Assembly (NCBI GenBank): GCA_902466075.1 | Contig: CABQQA010000001.1 | Coordinates: forward strand, 365,403-429,402 | Direction: 5' to 3' | Source: an uncultured Collinsella sp. | Lineage (GTDB): Bacteria; Actinomycetota; Coriobacteriia; Coriobacteriales; Coriobacteriaceae | Length of the DNA stretch: 64,000 nucleotides | In this document: positions 17,305 through 26,753 of the stretch, in pieces | Layout of the letters: the number at the start of each line of letters is the position of its first letter | How positions within the stretch are numbered: position 1 is the first letter of the stretch | The notes under the pieces: generated by a model | What the model was told of the DNA's origin: nothing | The model's input: only the letters and a program-made list of their open reading frames with translations | Database searches by the model: none | Position numbers and translations under genes: made by a program

Positions 17305-19749
17305 TTAGGCGTGGTCGCGCCAGCTGAGAACGCGCTGCTTCATACCCTCGATGTCGAGCACGCCTTCGGCAAAGCCCTTGCGCACGAGCTCTTCGGGAAC
17401 GAACTCATCGTAACGATCAAAGAAAGGCACCTCGCCGGGATAGACGAGCTCGATGGGATCGAAGTCCTTCTCGGCTTCGGCGGCGAGCACCTCAAAGAAC
17501 ATCTCTTCGTCGGCCTTCATCTTAAATTGCATAAAGTACGGGCGTGACGGGTCGAGTCCGCGAAGGCCCAGCTCAGCGGCGCATTTGATTTTAAGCATGC
17601 GCTCGAGTGCTAGGAAGGCGTAGCTGCCCAACCAGGGGAAGAGCACCCAGGTGTCGCCACCCAGATTGATGAGCGGCTTAGTTCCCGCGCCCGAAATCTC
17701 GGCGGTATGACGAGCCTGCGCCAAGCGAGCCCGTGCGTTACCCATAAGGTACGGATATGCTGCGTGCTCAGTGAGCGCTTGGCGCATACGCTCGAGCACA
17801 TGCGTGTTAATGTCGCCGGGGCAGTCGCCAAAGTAGGCCGGCACCCGGCCCTTGACCTGCGTGGCAAAGACAGTGTGGCGCTTCCAGTCCACTTCCTCGA
17901 CAATCCAGCAGTGTCCGGCGATGGCGATGCGCTCACCGGGCGGGGGCGGATTAACGATCGTGCCCAGCTCGGCCGATTCGCTCCGGACGGTAAACTCCTC
18001 GTTTTCCTGGAACACGGCGTAGAACTTAAAGTTGTTGATGATGCGCTCGCCCGCGAGACCCACGATGAGCCCGCCACCTTCGGTGACCTGGATATGGTCG
18101 ATCTTAATGAGGTGACGTAGCAGCACACGGTAATCGTCTGCCGAGACACGGTGGAAATAGCTGAGCGTGAGCACGCGCTGGGCAAGTTCGGCCGGCGTGA
18201 GCTCGCCGGTGCTGGCGAGGGTCGACATAGTCTGGTGATAGAGCAGGCTGTAGGGGAGACGATCGAGCTCGGGTGGCTCGACCCACTTTTCCTCGCGATA
18301 GAGTTGTACGAGCGCGATACCCTGCAGGAGCTTCCAGGGAATGGTTTCGGGCATCATCGTGCGCGGCTCGGGCTCTTCCTCGCGCATGACAAACCACATC
18401 TCGGGCGGAAGATCGCGACGGCCTGTGCGCCCCATGCGTTGCAAAAAGGAGCTGACGGTAAACGGCGCGTCAATCTGGAAGGCGCGCTCCAGGCGGCCGA
18501 TATCGATACCGAGCTCCAGCGTAGAGGTGGTGACGGTCGTCTGTGCCTGTTCCTCGTCGCGCATGAGCTCTTCTGCCGTCTCGCGCAGCGATGCCGAAAG
18601 ATTGCCGTGGTGGATGAGAAAGCGGTCGGGCTCGTGCCGGCTCTCGCAGTAGCTACGCAGCATGGAGCATACGGCCTCTGCCTCCTCGCGCGAGTTGGCA
18701 AAGACCAGGCATTTGCGGCCGCGGGTGTGTTCGAAGATATAGCCCATGCCGGGGTCGGCGTTGTCGGGCGCCGTGTCGGTGGGGTTGAGAAGCGCCTGCT
18801 CGGTCGCTCGTGGGATGTCGACTTCGCCCTCGGGGGCCGAGGAAGTTTGGCGGTCCTTGGGAGCGGCCTTGCCCCGTGCCCGCTCACGACGTTGATGGCG
18901 CTCCTCTTGTGTGAGCTGTCCGCTGTGACGCATATCTTGGGCGCCGGCGGGCAGCGCCGCGGATACCGCTGCCTCGATGCGCTCGCACGCGAGTACTTCG
19001 GCCTCTTGAGGACCTGTGCCCATGAATCCCCGCTGCTGAGCCTGGGGGCCCGAGTTGTAGAAGTGCTCCATGGAGATGCGCCACACGCGGCGCGGTTCCT
19101 CAAAGCGGGGGATAACGCAGTCGCGCCCCGTTCCCTGCGAGAGAAAGGCGCCCGTGCGCTCGGGGTCGCCGATGGTGGCCGAAAGGCCAATGCGGCGGGG
19201 CTGCACGCCTGCCATGCGCGAGAGGCGCTCGATAAGACAGAGCGTCTGCCCGCCGCGGTCGCCGCGCATGAGCGAATGGACTTCGTCGATAACCACATAG
19301 CGCAGGTCGCAAAACATGCGCGGGATCGCCATGTGCTTATGGATCAGGAGTGCCTCGAGCGACTCGGGCGTAATCTGTAGGATGCCGCTCGGTTTTTTGA
19401 TGAGTTTGGCCTTGTGTGATTGCGAGACATCGCCATGCCAGTGCCAGACGGGGATATCGGCTTCTTCGCACAGGTCGTTGAGGCGGAAGAATTGGTCGTT
19501 GATGAGCGCCTTGAGGGGGCCAATGTAGAGGGCGCCCACGCTTGCGGGCGGGTTCTCCCAAAACTCGGTCAGGATGGGAAAGAAGGCTGCCTCGGTTTTG
19601 CCGGAAGCCGTGGATGCCGTCAGGAGCACATTGTCCTGTGTGTTGAAGATGGCATCTGCCGCCGCAACCTGGATAGAGCGCAAGCTCTCCCAATCGTGGG
19701 AGTAGATGAAGTCTTGGATAAACGGGGCGTAGCGGTCAAAGGCGTTCAC
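17305..19749 (-). CDS. Lhr-like SF2 DEAD/DEAH helicase (BrxHI-like)
   Basis: STASGKTEAAF (motif I), VVIDEVHSL (DEVH), SATIGDPE (III), and HHGNLSASLRE...TTSTLELGIDIG...QRMGRTGRR (IV-VI), which closely follow E. coli Lhr. The start is placed at GTG 19749, 5 nt after a perfect AAGGAGG. The ORF's Arg-rich N-terminal run up to 19998 is judged read-through. Confidence 0.75.
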   Translation of the reverse strand: MNAFDRYAPFIQDFIYSHDWESLRSIQVAAADAIFNTQDNVLLTASTASGKTEAAFFPILTEFWENPPASVGALYIGPLKALINDQFFRLNDLCEEADIPVWHWHGDVSQSHKAKLIKKPSGILQITPESLEALLIHKHMAIPRMFCDLRYVVIDEVHSLMRGDRGGQTLCLIERLSRMAGVQPRRIGLSATIGDPERTGAFLSQGTGRDCVIPRFEEPRRVWRISMEHFYNSGPQAQQRGFMGTGPQEAEVLACERIEAAVSAALPAGAQDMRHSGQLTQEERHQRRERARGKAAPKDRQTSSAPEGEVDIPRATEQALLNPTDTAPDNADPGMGYIFEHTRGRKCLVFANSREEAEAVCSMLRSYCESRHEPDRFLIHHGNLSASLRETAEELMRDEEQAQTTVTTSTLELGIDIGRLERAFQIDAPFTVSSFLQRMGRTGRRDLPPEMWFVMREEEPEPRTMMPETIPWKLLQGIALVQLYREEKWVEPPELDRLPYSLLYHQTMSTLASTGELTPAELAQRVLTLSYFHRVSADDYRVLLRHLIKIDHIQVTEGGGLIVGLAGERIINNFKFYAVFQENEEFTVRSESAELGTIVNPPPPGERIAIAGHCWIVEEVDWKRHTVFATQVKGRVPAYFGDCPGDINTHVLERMRQALTEHAAYPYLMGNARARLAQARHTAEISGAGTKPLINLGGDTWVLFPWLGSYAFLALERMLKIKCAAELGLRGLDPSRPYFMQFKMKADEEMFFEVLAAEAEKDFDPIELVYPGEVPFFDRYDEFVPEELVRKGFAEGVLDIEGMKQRVLSWRDHA

Positions 19750-19865
19750 GGGGCCTCCTTTCAACAACGAATCTCTCAACGCGGCTGGCAACGGCTTGCT
19801 GCATTGCTGCTTCAACGTTTGCCCAGATAAAACCTGCCAAAATAAACCTGTCCCTTTTTGGTGGG

Positions 19866-21170
19866 TTAGATGGTGAACTCGGCGAAGTTGCGGTCGCCGC
19901 CTGCGGTGCCGGTGTCGCCTGTTGCGGTTGCCGGCGCCAACGCGTCGCCGCCGACGCTTTGCAGCAGCTCGGCCACGTTGGCGTCGGGGTTTTGGCATAG
20001 GATGTCGAGCAGCTCGATAAAGTCACGAATGACTTCACGCGGCGTCAGATGCGTGTCGGCTCCCACGCGACCGAACTCGATCTTGAGGAAGTCCACCAAG
20101 TCGTTCTCGGTAAGCGTGGGCGTCCAGCCAAAGTAGCCGGCGTGAATTTGCATGAGTTTTTCGATCAGCACCAGCAGCTCCTCGTAGGTGAGTGGCTGCA
20201 GGCGGATGATGGGCGCGAGCATGTCCTTAAGGTCTTCGCGCGCAAAGCGGCCCTGAGCGAGTCGGCTGCGCAGGGCCTCGTAGGAGAACACGCCGCGGCG
20301 GCGGTCTTCGATGGAGGTTGGCGTGCCGCCCATGATCATGCCTAGGTACTGCGCCTTGCCCTGGAGCGTGTCGTTGTACATGGTCAGGATCTTCTCGTAG
20401 TTGTATTGGCGCGTGATGGCGTTGGGAATCTTATACAGATTCACGAGCTCGTCGATGAGCACCAGCATGCCCTTGTAGCCACTGCAGACCAAAAAACGCG
20501 CGATGAGTTTGACGTAGTCGTACCAGTCGTCATCGCTGATGATGGTTGAGGAGCCCAGCTCGGCGCGTGCCTCGCTCTTGGTGCGGTATTCGCCGCGAAT
20601 CCATTTGGTCACGCGGCTCATGGTCTCTTCGTCGCCCCCGGATGCGGCCATGCGATAGCGGCGGAGCATGCGGGTGAAGTCGAAGCCGTGGACCATCTCC
20701 TCGAGCGGGGCCAGTTGGGCATTGACGACCGACTCGTCGACGTCGGCACACGAGGCGACCCAGCGATCCAGAATAAGGTTGAGCGCACCGCCCTCGGGGC
20801 GCGTCTTGGTCGATATATTGCGGATGAGCTCGCGGTAGGTGGCAAGGCCCTGTCCCTGACCGCCTTGCAGGCGGCGCTCGGGCGACAGGTCGGCATCAGC
20901 GACGACGAATCCCTCGCCCATGGCGTGCGTGCGGATAGTCTGGAGCAAAAAGCTCTTGCCGGCGCCGTAACGACCGACCAGAAAGCGGAAGCTCGCGCCA
21001 CCGTCGGCGATGAGACTCAGATCGGTGAGCAGGGCGCGGATCTCGACCTCGCGCCCTACGGTGATGTAAGGAAGGCCGATGCGCGGGACCACGCCGCCCT
21101 TGAGCGAGTTGAGAATGACGGCAGCGACGCGCTTGGGCACGCGAGGTGCTGCGGATGCGGTATCACTCAT
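19866..21170 (-). CDS. DUF2791-family P-loop ATPase (BrxD-like)
   Basis: GRYGAGKS Walker A, MLVLIDEL Walker B, about 430 aa. Length and motif layout match my recollection of BREX BrxD (PF10923). Overlaps the upstream gene by 8 nt. Confidence 0.65.
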   Translation of the reverse strand: MSDTASAAPRVPKRVAAVILNSLKGGVVPRIGLPYITVGREVEIRALLTDLSLIADGGASFRFLVGRYGAGKSFLLQTIRTHAMGEGFVVADADLSPERRLQGGQGQGLATYRELIRNISTKTRPEGGALNLILDRWVASCADVDESVVNAQLAPLEEMVHGFDFTRMLRRYRMAASGGDEETMSRVTKWIRGEYRTKSEARAELGSSTIISDDDWYDYVKLIARFLVCSGYKGMLVLIDELVNLYKIPNAITRQYNYEKILTMYNDTLQGKAQYLGMIMGGTPTSIEDRRRGVFSYEALRSRLAQGRFAREDLKDMLAPIIRLQPLTYEELLVLIEKLMQIHAGYFGWTPTLTENDLVDFLKIEFGRVGADTHLTPREVIRDFIELLDILCQNPDANVAELLQSVGGDALAPATATGDTGTAGGDRNFAEFTI

Positions 21171-22917
21171 GGTCTAGGTATCCTCTCACGTCTGCTTCGT
21201 AGTCCTCGATAATCTGCGGCCCTGCTGCGTTAAATTCAATTACGGTGTCGCCCACCAGGTCAAAGAGCGCCTCGTTGATGGTATCGACGAGCATGTCCTC
21301 GCTCTGCTCCGATTGCACTACCGCCGATTCCGCCTGTACTGCGTTGTGCTCGAGCAGCGCGCGGAGATAGGCGTCTGCGGCGGGCGCGAGTTCGTTTGTG
21401 GCGTCAGCGGGCGTAGCAGCTGCGAACGCGGGCGTCGGCGCGAGAAGCGGTGCCACGACACCAAACTGTTCGGTGGATATGGTCGGCTCGTCGGACTCGT
21501 CCTGCCCTGCAGCCGCCGCGACCGCCTCGACCATCGCGTCGGCTACGGGCTCGGCTTCCGGTTGCCCTGAGTCCGCTGCCTCGGCTTCTGCGGACGCGCC
21601 GTCCTCGCGTTCCTCGTCAATCAAAAGCGCCTCGCGCGTTTGTGCGGCGGCGCTCCGAATATGCCCCAGCTGACTCAGATCGATATCGATCTTGACGGGC
21701 TGGTGCGCGGCGTCCCACGAAAGCCATGCCACAATCTCGTCATCGATAATCTTGGCCAGATATTTGGGGACCTTTTCTTCCTTAAGGGGATGGGCAGGGT
21801 CCAGCGCCAGGCGCAGGCGTTGGTCGCAGGCGCGCATCATTTCACCGAGCTTGCTGCTCTTTTGCCTACTACCGTGGATACGCATGCATTCCCAAAAGCC
21901 GTTTTGGCAACGGTAGATATGGATGGGGTCCAGACGGTATTCGCAGTCCTCGTGGCGCTCGGGCGCAAAGAATACGGCCGAGGCAAACATGGTGTAGGGC
22001 ATGGCCGTCTCCTCCCCAAATAAACTTGCCACGATGCCGGTCTTTCGGTGCGTGTCATAGTAGCGCACCATGCGGACATACACGGCGCACGCCACGTGGC
22101 GCAGATCACGGTGGTGGCTGCGGTCGAGCCGCGAGCTACTTAGGTTGTACGTGGAGAGGGCGTTGATGGCGGCCATGAGTCGCTCCTCGCGCACCTCATC
22201 GGGCGGAAGGGGGAGCGTGGGCTCGGAGGTTTTGCGACGCTTAGGGGTCTGGCCGGACGGTGCCGGTACAAGGTCTCGTGCCGCGCGCCGCAGTTCGATA
22301 AGGGCGTTATCGAACATGACGGTTTTAGAGTCGCGAAGCAGCTTGGGGTCGAGCCCGTGGAACACGGCGTAATCTTGCAGCCACACGCGCGCAAACCGGT
22401 CGATGCCGGGCTCGAAGGCGCGATAGACATCCCAAAAAGCCTTGATCTTGTTAAAACCATCGAGTGGATTATCTACGCCAATGCCGCAGATCAGCTCATA
22501 GAGATACAGAAAGGCAAAGGACGTAGACGTTTCCTCGACGGTTCCGCGGCGCACTTGGGCACGCCAGGTAAAGTAGCCGCGCAGTTGCCGGTCGCTCATG
22601 GCGTTGTAGGTGGGAAAGTACGACTTAAAGGTGCCGTTGTAGGGACAGTCGTCCTCAAAGTCGGCCATCAGCAGGCCCTGGCGGTAAAAAAGCTCGGCTT
22701 CCGAAAGCCAGCGGCCTGCACCGCCCTTGGGGTCATCCTGCCAGCGCGATATCTCGCGCATTTTACGGTACTGGTCGGGGAGGAAATTCTGCATCTGTCG
22801 GCCGGTTTTGAGAATCGGCTCGTCTGCGTAGGTTTCGTTTGAGAAGCGGGCGGACTGATGGGTCCGGGCCTCGGCCATAATGCGCTCGATGAGCATCTTG
22901 ATGTCCTGGTCGGCCAC
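21163..22917 (-). CDS. TerB-N/TerB-C-like protein (uncharacterised; N-terminal Y..M...QLRGYFTWR motif)
   Basis: 584 aa. The N-terminal region has the Y-x-x-M-x-x-x-QLR-x-YF-x-WR signature I associate with the TerB-N domain. Has an acidic, Ala-rich C-terminal half. Co-oriented and overlapping with the DUF2791 gene. Confidence 0.45.
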   Translation of the reverse strand: MADQDIKMLIERIMAEARTHQSARFSNETYADEPILKTGRQMQNFLPDQYRKMREISRWQDDPKGGAGRWLSEAELFYRQGLLMADFEDDCPYNGTFKSYFPTYNAMSDRQLRGYFTWRAQVRRGTVEETSTSFAFLYLYELICGIGVDNPLDGFNKIKAFWDVYRAFEPGIDRFARVWLQDYAVFHGLDPKLLRDSKTVMFDNALIELRRAARDLVPAPSGQTPKRRKTSEPTLPLPPDEVREERLMAAINALSTYNLSSSRLDRSHHRDLRHVACAVYVRMVRYYDTHRKTGIVASLFGEETAMPYTMFASAVFFAPERHEDCEYRLDPIHIYRCQNGFWECMRIHGSRQKSSKLGEMMRACDQRLRLALDPAHPLKEEKVPKYLAKIIDDEIVAWLSWDAAHQPVKIDIDLSQLGHIRSAAAQTREALLIDEEREDGASAEAEAADSGQPEAEPVADAMVEAVAAAAGQDESDEPTISTEQFGVVAPLLAPTPAFAAATPADATNELAPAADAYLRALLEHNAVQAESAVVQSEQSEDMLVDTINEALFDLVGDTVIEFNAAGPQIIEDYEADVRGYLDHE

Positions 22918-23004
22918 CGCTCCTCCTCTCGAACGCAGCTACGGTGACCTCATATCATAGCACAGCATCAAACAGATGTTCGAGATACCGCTGCGTTGAT
23001 AGAT

Positions 23005-23721
23005 TTAGAACAGGAGGGCGTATATGACGGCGATGACGACGGAGGGAAGCATATTGGCCGTGCGGAAGGTCTGAGGACGGATGAGGTTGACGCCGACGCA
23101 GAAGATGAGCATGGAGCCTACGAGCGAAAGGCTGTTGAGGGCTGTTGTGGTTATGATGGGGGAGAGCGCGCCGGCAAACAACGTGATCGTCCCCTGGAAC
23201 ACGGCGACGGGCAGGGCGGAGAAGATGCAGCCGCGGCCAAGCGAGGCCGTCATGGTGCAGACGATGATGCAGTCCAGTGCGCCCTTGAGGGCAAGCGTTG
23301 ACCAGTCGCCGAGCAGGCCGTCCTGGATCGATCCCACAATGGCCATGGCGCCGATGCACACGGTGAGTGAAGTCGAGACAAAAGCGTTGGTGAACTCGTT
23401 ATCGCCCTCACTGCCAGTCTTGCGCTTGAGCCATTCGCCAAGGTTCTCGATGGCGGCCTCCAAGTTGATGGCCTCGCCGATGAGCGAACCGAGCGCAAAT
23501 GAGACGATGAGCATGGTGGTACCGGTGGTCGCTAGCGCCTTTCCATCGATGATGAGCATCTTTTGCATGGTGCCGCCCAGGCCGATAAACAGGACGCACA
23601 GCCCCGATGCTTTCATGAGCGTGTCTTGGATGCGCGGTGTAATGAAGCGGCCGCCCGCTAATCCCAAAAGACCGCCCGCAACTAAAAGCGCAACGTTGAT
23701 GATTGTTCCCAAGCCCGGCAT
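23005..23721 (-). CDS. DUF554 (YqgA-like) membrane protein
   Basis: MPGLGTIINVALLVAGGLLGL...RIQDTLMKASGLCVLFIGLGG matches the YqgA N-terminal pattern and is multi-TM. The ORF opens at 23790. Confidence 0.7.
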   Translation of the reverse strand: MPGLGTIINVALLVAGGLLGLAGGRFITPRIQDTLMKASGLCVLFIGLGGTMQKMLIIDGKALATTGTTMLIVSFALGSLIGEAINLEAAIENLGEWLKRKTGSEGDNEFTNAFVSTSLTVCIGAMAIVGSIQDGLLGDWSTLALKGALDCIIVCTMTASLGRGCIFSALPVAVFQGTITLFAGALSPIITTTALNSLSLVGSMLIFCVGVNLIRPQTFRTANMLPSVVIAVIYALLF

Positions 23722-23839
23722 GAGCCCTCCTGTATTGATGCCAACGTGGCAATCGTAGCAGAACGAAATGCGAGGCACATCGCGACTCATCTAATACGTT
23801 ATATAAGTGGTATTAGGAATGATGCGCAGCATTTAAGCC

Positions 23840-25270
23840 TCAGGTGGTTGTCGGGACATAGGGATAGTAGTCAAAGCGCAGTGTCATAAGCCGCTGTGGG
23901 GATTCAATAGCCGCGGCGATGATATTGGCATCGCGGGCACGATCAAACCCTTCGAGTTCGATCTGATACGAGACGTCTTGCATAATGTCCAGACGTCGCC
24001 AGGCTAGAAGTGTGTCGCCATCGAATTCCAAGGTCTTGCCTCCGTCTGGGGCAACGGCGTATAGACGCAGTTTAGCGGTGGTTGCAGGGTCGACAACCGT
24101 GACCTTTTTAATTTCGTTTCGAGTATTCTTGGCGCCCAACAAGGTGAGCAGTGTTGGGGCCACGACCTCGCCTGATGGCAAAAAGACGACTTCGATGGAT
24201 TCGGGAAATGCGATGATGGCCGACTTGCGGACGGGCTGATTGGCGGCGGCAACTTCGATGTTTGCAGCATCGATGACCTCTGTGTGGTCGAGGGCGGCAA
24301 GCACGCAGCAGTTACCTTCATCGATCTCCTGAGGATCAGCAAGCCCCAGACTGTCCGCGAGCTCGGGATCGTTTGGACCGGTAGCGGGCTCATTCGGTGC
24401 TTCGAAAGAAGCTGGGACGCTGTTTGTCGGCGACAGCGTGTCGCCCGCACCTGCTTCTTTGTCCGTGCTCTCTTCTTGTATGGTTGCGTTGATGGGTTCG
24501 TCGTTTGAGGGGAGCGTCTTGGCGTCAAGCGCGGAGGGGAGAATTCTGATGGCTCCGGATCCGTTCCACTCCATTTCGAGAAGCGCCGGGTCGGCAAGAA
24601 TGCGTTGCCTGCTTTGCGCGTGGGCATCGATTTCAATAGGGCCTGCCTCTGTCCCTCGTGTAAGGCTGAGTGATCCGGCTGACTTCTCGAAATGAGCGTC
24701 TGTGTCTTTGGTGCTGACGGCGTAGAACAGCAGGGATGCTTCTCCCGCCGCGATGGCATCGGTGTCGGCTTTGGTCAGCCGCAACGATGCTGTGAATGAG
24801 AGGGTGGGCTGCACATCGTCTGCATTCGCGGCGGCGCAGCCCAGACATATACCGCCTCCTTTCTCGAAAAACGCACCGTCGAAGGCGACCTTCGCTCCGT
24901 TCGCCGAGTCATCGACCGAAGCGATGTCGATGCGCAGCTCTAAATTGCATGGATCGCCATCTGCATCGAGCACAACCGAGCGCCATGTGCAGACGGCGCA
25001 CCCCGCCTGGGAGCCGTTTGCCTTGTTCGAACGATTGATATCCACGACTATCGAGCCGTCCGTATTACGACGAAGGCATCCCGAGGTTGAGATTGCGGCC
25101 TGTGCGATCGAAAAACGCTTGCACGCAATGGCGCTCGACGGATTTGGTGCAGAGCTTAGGGCTGCTGGTAAGGAGTCCGCCATGACGGGAGTCGCCCAAG
25201 CGGCGACAGGCGTTCCGGTTGCGAGCGCGCCGCAGAGTGCGACGACGGGCAAAAGGTTCTTCGATGCCAT
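23840..25270 (-). CDS. secreted protein of unknown function (signal peptide)
   Basis: N-terminal MASKNLLPVVALCGALATGTPVAAWA signal-like segment. Ser/Ala/Asp-rich, no recognised domain. Confidence 0.45.
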   Translation of the reverse strand: MASKNLLPVVALCGALATGTPVAAWATPVMADSLPAALSSAPNPSSAIACKRFSIAQAAISTSGCLRRNTDGSIVVDINRSNKANGSQAGCAVCTWRSVVLDADGDPCNLELRIDIASVDDSANGAKVAFDGAFFEKGGGICLGCAAANADDVQPTLSFTASLRLTKADTDAIAAGEASLLFYAVSTKDTDAHFEKSAGSLSLTRGTEAGPIEIDAHAQSRQRILADPALLEMEWNGSGAIRILPSALDAKTLPSNDEPINATIQEESTDKEAGAGDTLSPTNSVPASFEAPNEPATGPNDPELADSLGLADPQEIDEGNCCVLAALDHTEVIDAANIEVAAANQPVRKSAIIAFPESIEVVFLPSGEVVAPTLLTLLGAKNTRNEIKKVTVVDPATTAKLRLYAVAPDGGKTLEFDGDTLLAWRRLDIMQDVSYQIELEGFDRARDANIIAAAIESPQRLMTLRFDYYPYVPTTT

Positions 25271-25288
25271 GGGGCCTCCTTAGCTAAT

Positions 25289-25600
25289 TTAGTGCGGCCT
25301 GTCCGTGTTTCGTTTCTGGCTGCGTTTGATGTGCAGACCGAGGCCGGCGGTTCCCGCACCTGCTGCCGTGGCGCCTGCTGCCAAGAGCCATCGTCTGTCG
25401 TCTGTCTGTGCCAACGGTTCCTTGCAGTTGCCGCGGTCGAGCTCCGAGAGGTCGACCGTCACTTGCGTGGCGGCCTGCGCCTGTTCTTGCTGGGCAAAGG
25501 CCATGGCTGGCCCAAACGCTAGGATACTGACGGCGGCGGCCAGGGCGACGGCCTTATGCCGTGTGCGCACCGGGCTCGACCGTCCAGGTGATCGTTGCAA
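25289..25600 (-). CDS. small secreted protein with a sortase-signal-like C-terminus (LAQTD, then a hydrophobic stretch, then KRSQKRN)
   Basis: Signal peptide ...AFGPAMAFA-QQ. The C-terminus LAQTDDRRWLLAAGATAAGAGTAGLGLHIKRSQKRNTDRPH has the tripartite motif / hydrophobic / basic layout. Confidence 0.4.
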   Translation of the reverse strand: MQRSPGRSSPVRTRHKAVALAAAVSILAFGPAMAFAQQEQAQAATQVTVDLSELDRGNCKEPLAQTDDRRWLLAAGATAAGAGTAGLGLHIKRSQKRNTDRPH

Positions 25601-26153
25601 CCTGATCGCCTTCGCCGGTTACGCGGAAGATGTCGCGCGTGACGCGGGCGACGTTTCCGCTTGTCTTGAGCTTAATTTTGTCCGTGCCGCCGGCAATGCC
25701 CTGGTAGCCCATGTCGAAGGCTGCATTCTTGGAAAGATCGAGGCCCGTCTCCTGCATTGCGGCGCTGGCGTTTTGGAGTGCGCCGTCGGGGCCGACCTTA
25801 AAGTCGATGGAATTCTGCGCGGTTCCGGCCTTGGCGTCGGCGGCAATGGTCCAGGTGTTCATGGCGTCGATCTTCATGTTGGTGACATGGATGCCGTAGG
25901 CCGAATGATTGTCGATGGTGGTCGCGTCTTCTGAGGGGCCCTGAAGCGTGCCGTCGGCCTTGGCGACGAAGGGAATAACCGTCGGAACTTTGAACTCTAC
26001 GTTGTCGATCTCGGTCCTGACCATTACTTTCGTGGTTCCAACGCGCCCGGCTGCCAGAGCTGGCGTCGGGGCGGCGCCCATTGCGAGCGCGAGCGCGAGC
26101 CCTGCGCCCACGACGAGCGCTCTGGCTCCGTTCATGTTCCTGGTGATGTCCAT
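25554..26153 (-). CDS. secreted beta-rich protein of unknown function
   Basis: MNGARALVVGAGLALALAMGAAPTPALA signal peptide. Its 3' end overlaps the next gene by 47 nt in a different frame. Confidence 0.45.
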   Translation of the reverse strand: MDITRNMNGARALVVGAGLALALAMGAAPTPALAAGRVGTTKVMVRTEIDNVEFKVPTVIPFVAKADGTLQGPSEDATTIDNHSAYGIHVTNMKIDAMNTWTIAADAKAGTAQNSIDFKVGPDGALQNASAAMQETGLDLSKNAAFDMGYQGIAGGTDKIKLKTSGNVARVTRDIFRVTGEGDQVATITWTVEPGAHTA

Positions 26154-26243
26154 GGTCGTTCCTTTCTATTCGCCGCGGGCCGTCCCCGCGATGATTGGAC
26201 GAATGCTGGTGAATTGCGTGCGGTGCCGCGTCGGCCGAAAAAG

Positions 26244-26753
26244 CTAGTTCTCGGCTTGCTCAACCCGTACCTTGACACGTGTCGGATTGCCGTGGCTGTC
26301 GAGGGTCTTGGCATCGAGTGCCTGGATCTCGATGTATGCCTCGCCTTCTTTGATGTCGCCGGCGGGGCACGTCTCGATTGTCTTGCCGGTCTCGACCACA
26401 CCGGATTCGTACATGGTCTCGTCGTTTTGGATGACGCGGAATCGCTGGGGAAATTTATTGTCTTGGACGTTTTGCACGTTGACGCGCAGCTTGCCGTCCT
26501 CCTGTAGCTGAGCGACCGGCGCGACCGAAATCGTCATCATGTTGTCGCGGACGATGGCATCGAGCTCATCTTGGATTTCTTGTCGCGATTTACCCTCTGC
26601 CGTCGTGACTGAGGCGCCCGCTTCGGGCACGGGCTGCGACTGCCAGGCGTATAGCCCTACGGCGATGAGGGCGCAGACGATAGCCAGACAGACAACGACG
26701 AGTTTCTTGCGATGCCCCAGTCCTGCGAGGCGGGGCGGCTTCTTTGCACTCAT
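26244..26753 (-). CDS. membrane-anchored (N-terminal signal-anchor) protein of unknown function
   Basis: KKPPRLAGLGHRKKLVVVCLAIVCALIAVGLYAW then a soluble domain. 4-nt overlap with the upstream gene. Confidence 0.45.
   Translation of the reverse strand: MSAKKPPRLAGLGHRKKLVVVCLAIVCALIAVGLYAWQSQPVPEAGASVTTAEGKSRQEIQDELDAIVRDNMMTISVAPVAQLQEDGKLRVNVQNVQDNKFPQRFRVIQNDETMYESGVVETGKTIETCPAGDIKEGEAYIEIQALDAKTLDSHGNPTRVKVRVEQAEN

Noticed and set aside
18151-19380. 409-aa plus-strand ORF, and several 100-300 aa ORFs, antisense to the Lhr-like helicase
   Set aside because: Nested in a gene with complete helicase motifs I-VI. Low-complexity composition.
19750-19998. Arg-rich 83-codon N-terminal extension of the Lhr-like helicase ORF (MPKPRRQRGRAAAKRRRRR...)
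   Set aside because: Poly-Arg read-through of GC-rich intergenic DNA. A perfect AAGGAGG-N5-GTG start lies at 19749, and helicase motif I follows soon after.
17305-22917. Interpretation of the BrxD-like/BrxHI-like genes as part of a complete BREX (Pgl) system
   Set aside because: No PglX (methyltransferase), PglZ (alkaline-phosphatase fold), PglW (kinase) or PglY/BrxC (large ATPase) candidates are present anywhere in the window. The flanking genes are Elp3/aminopropyltransferase-like and DUF554.
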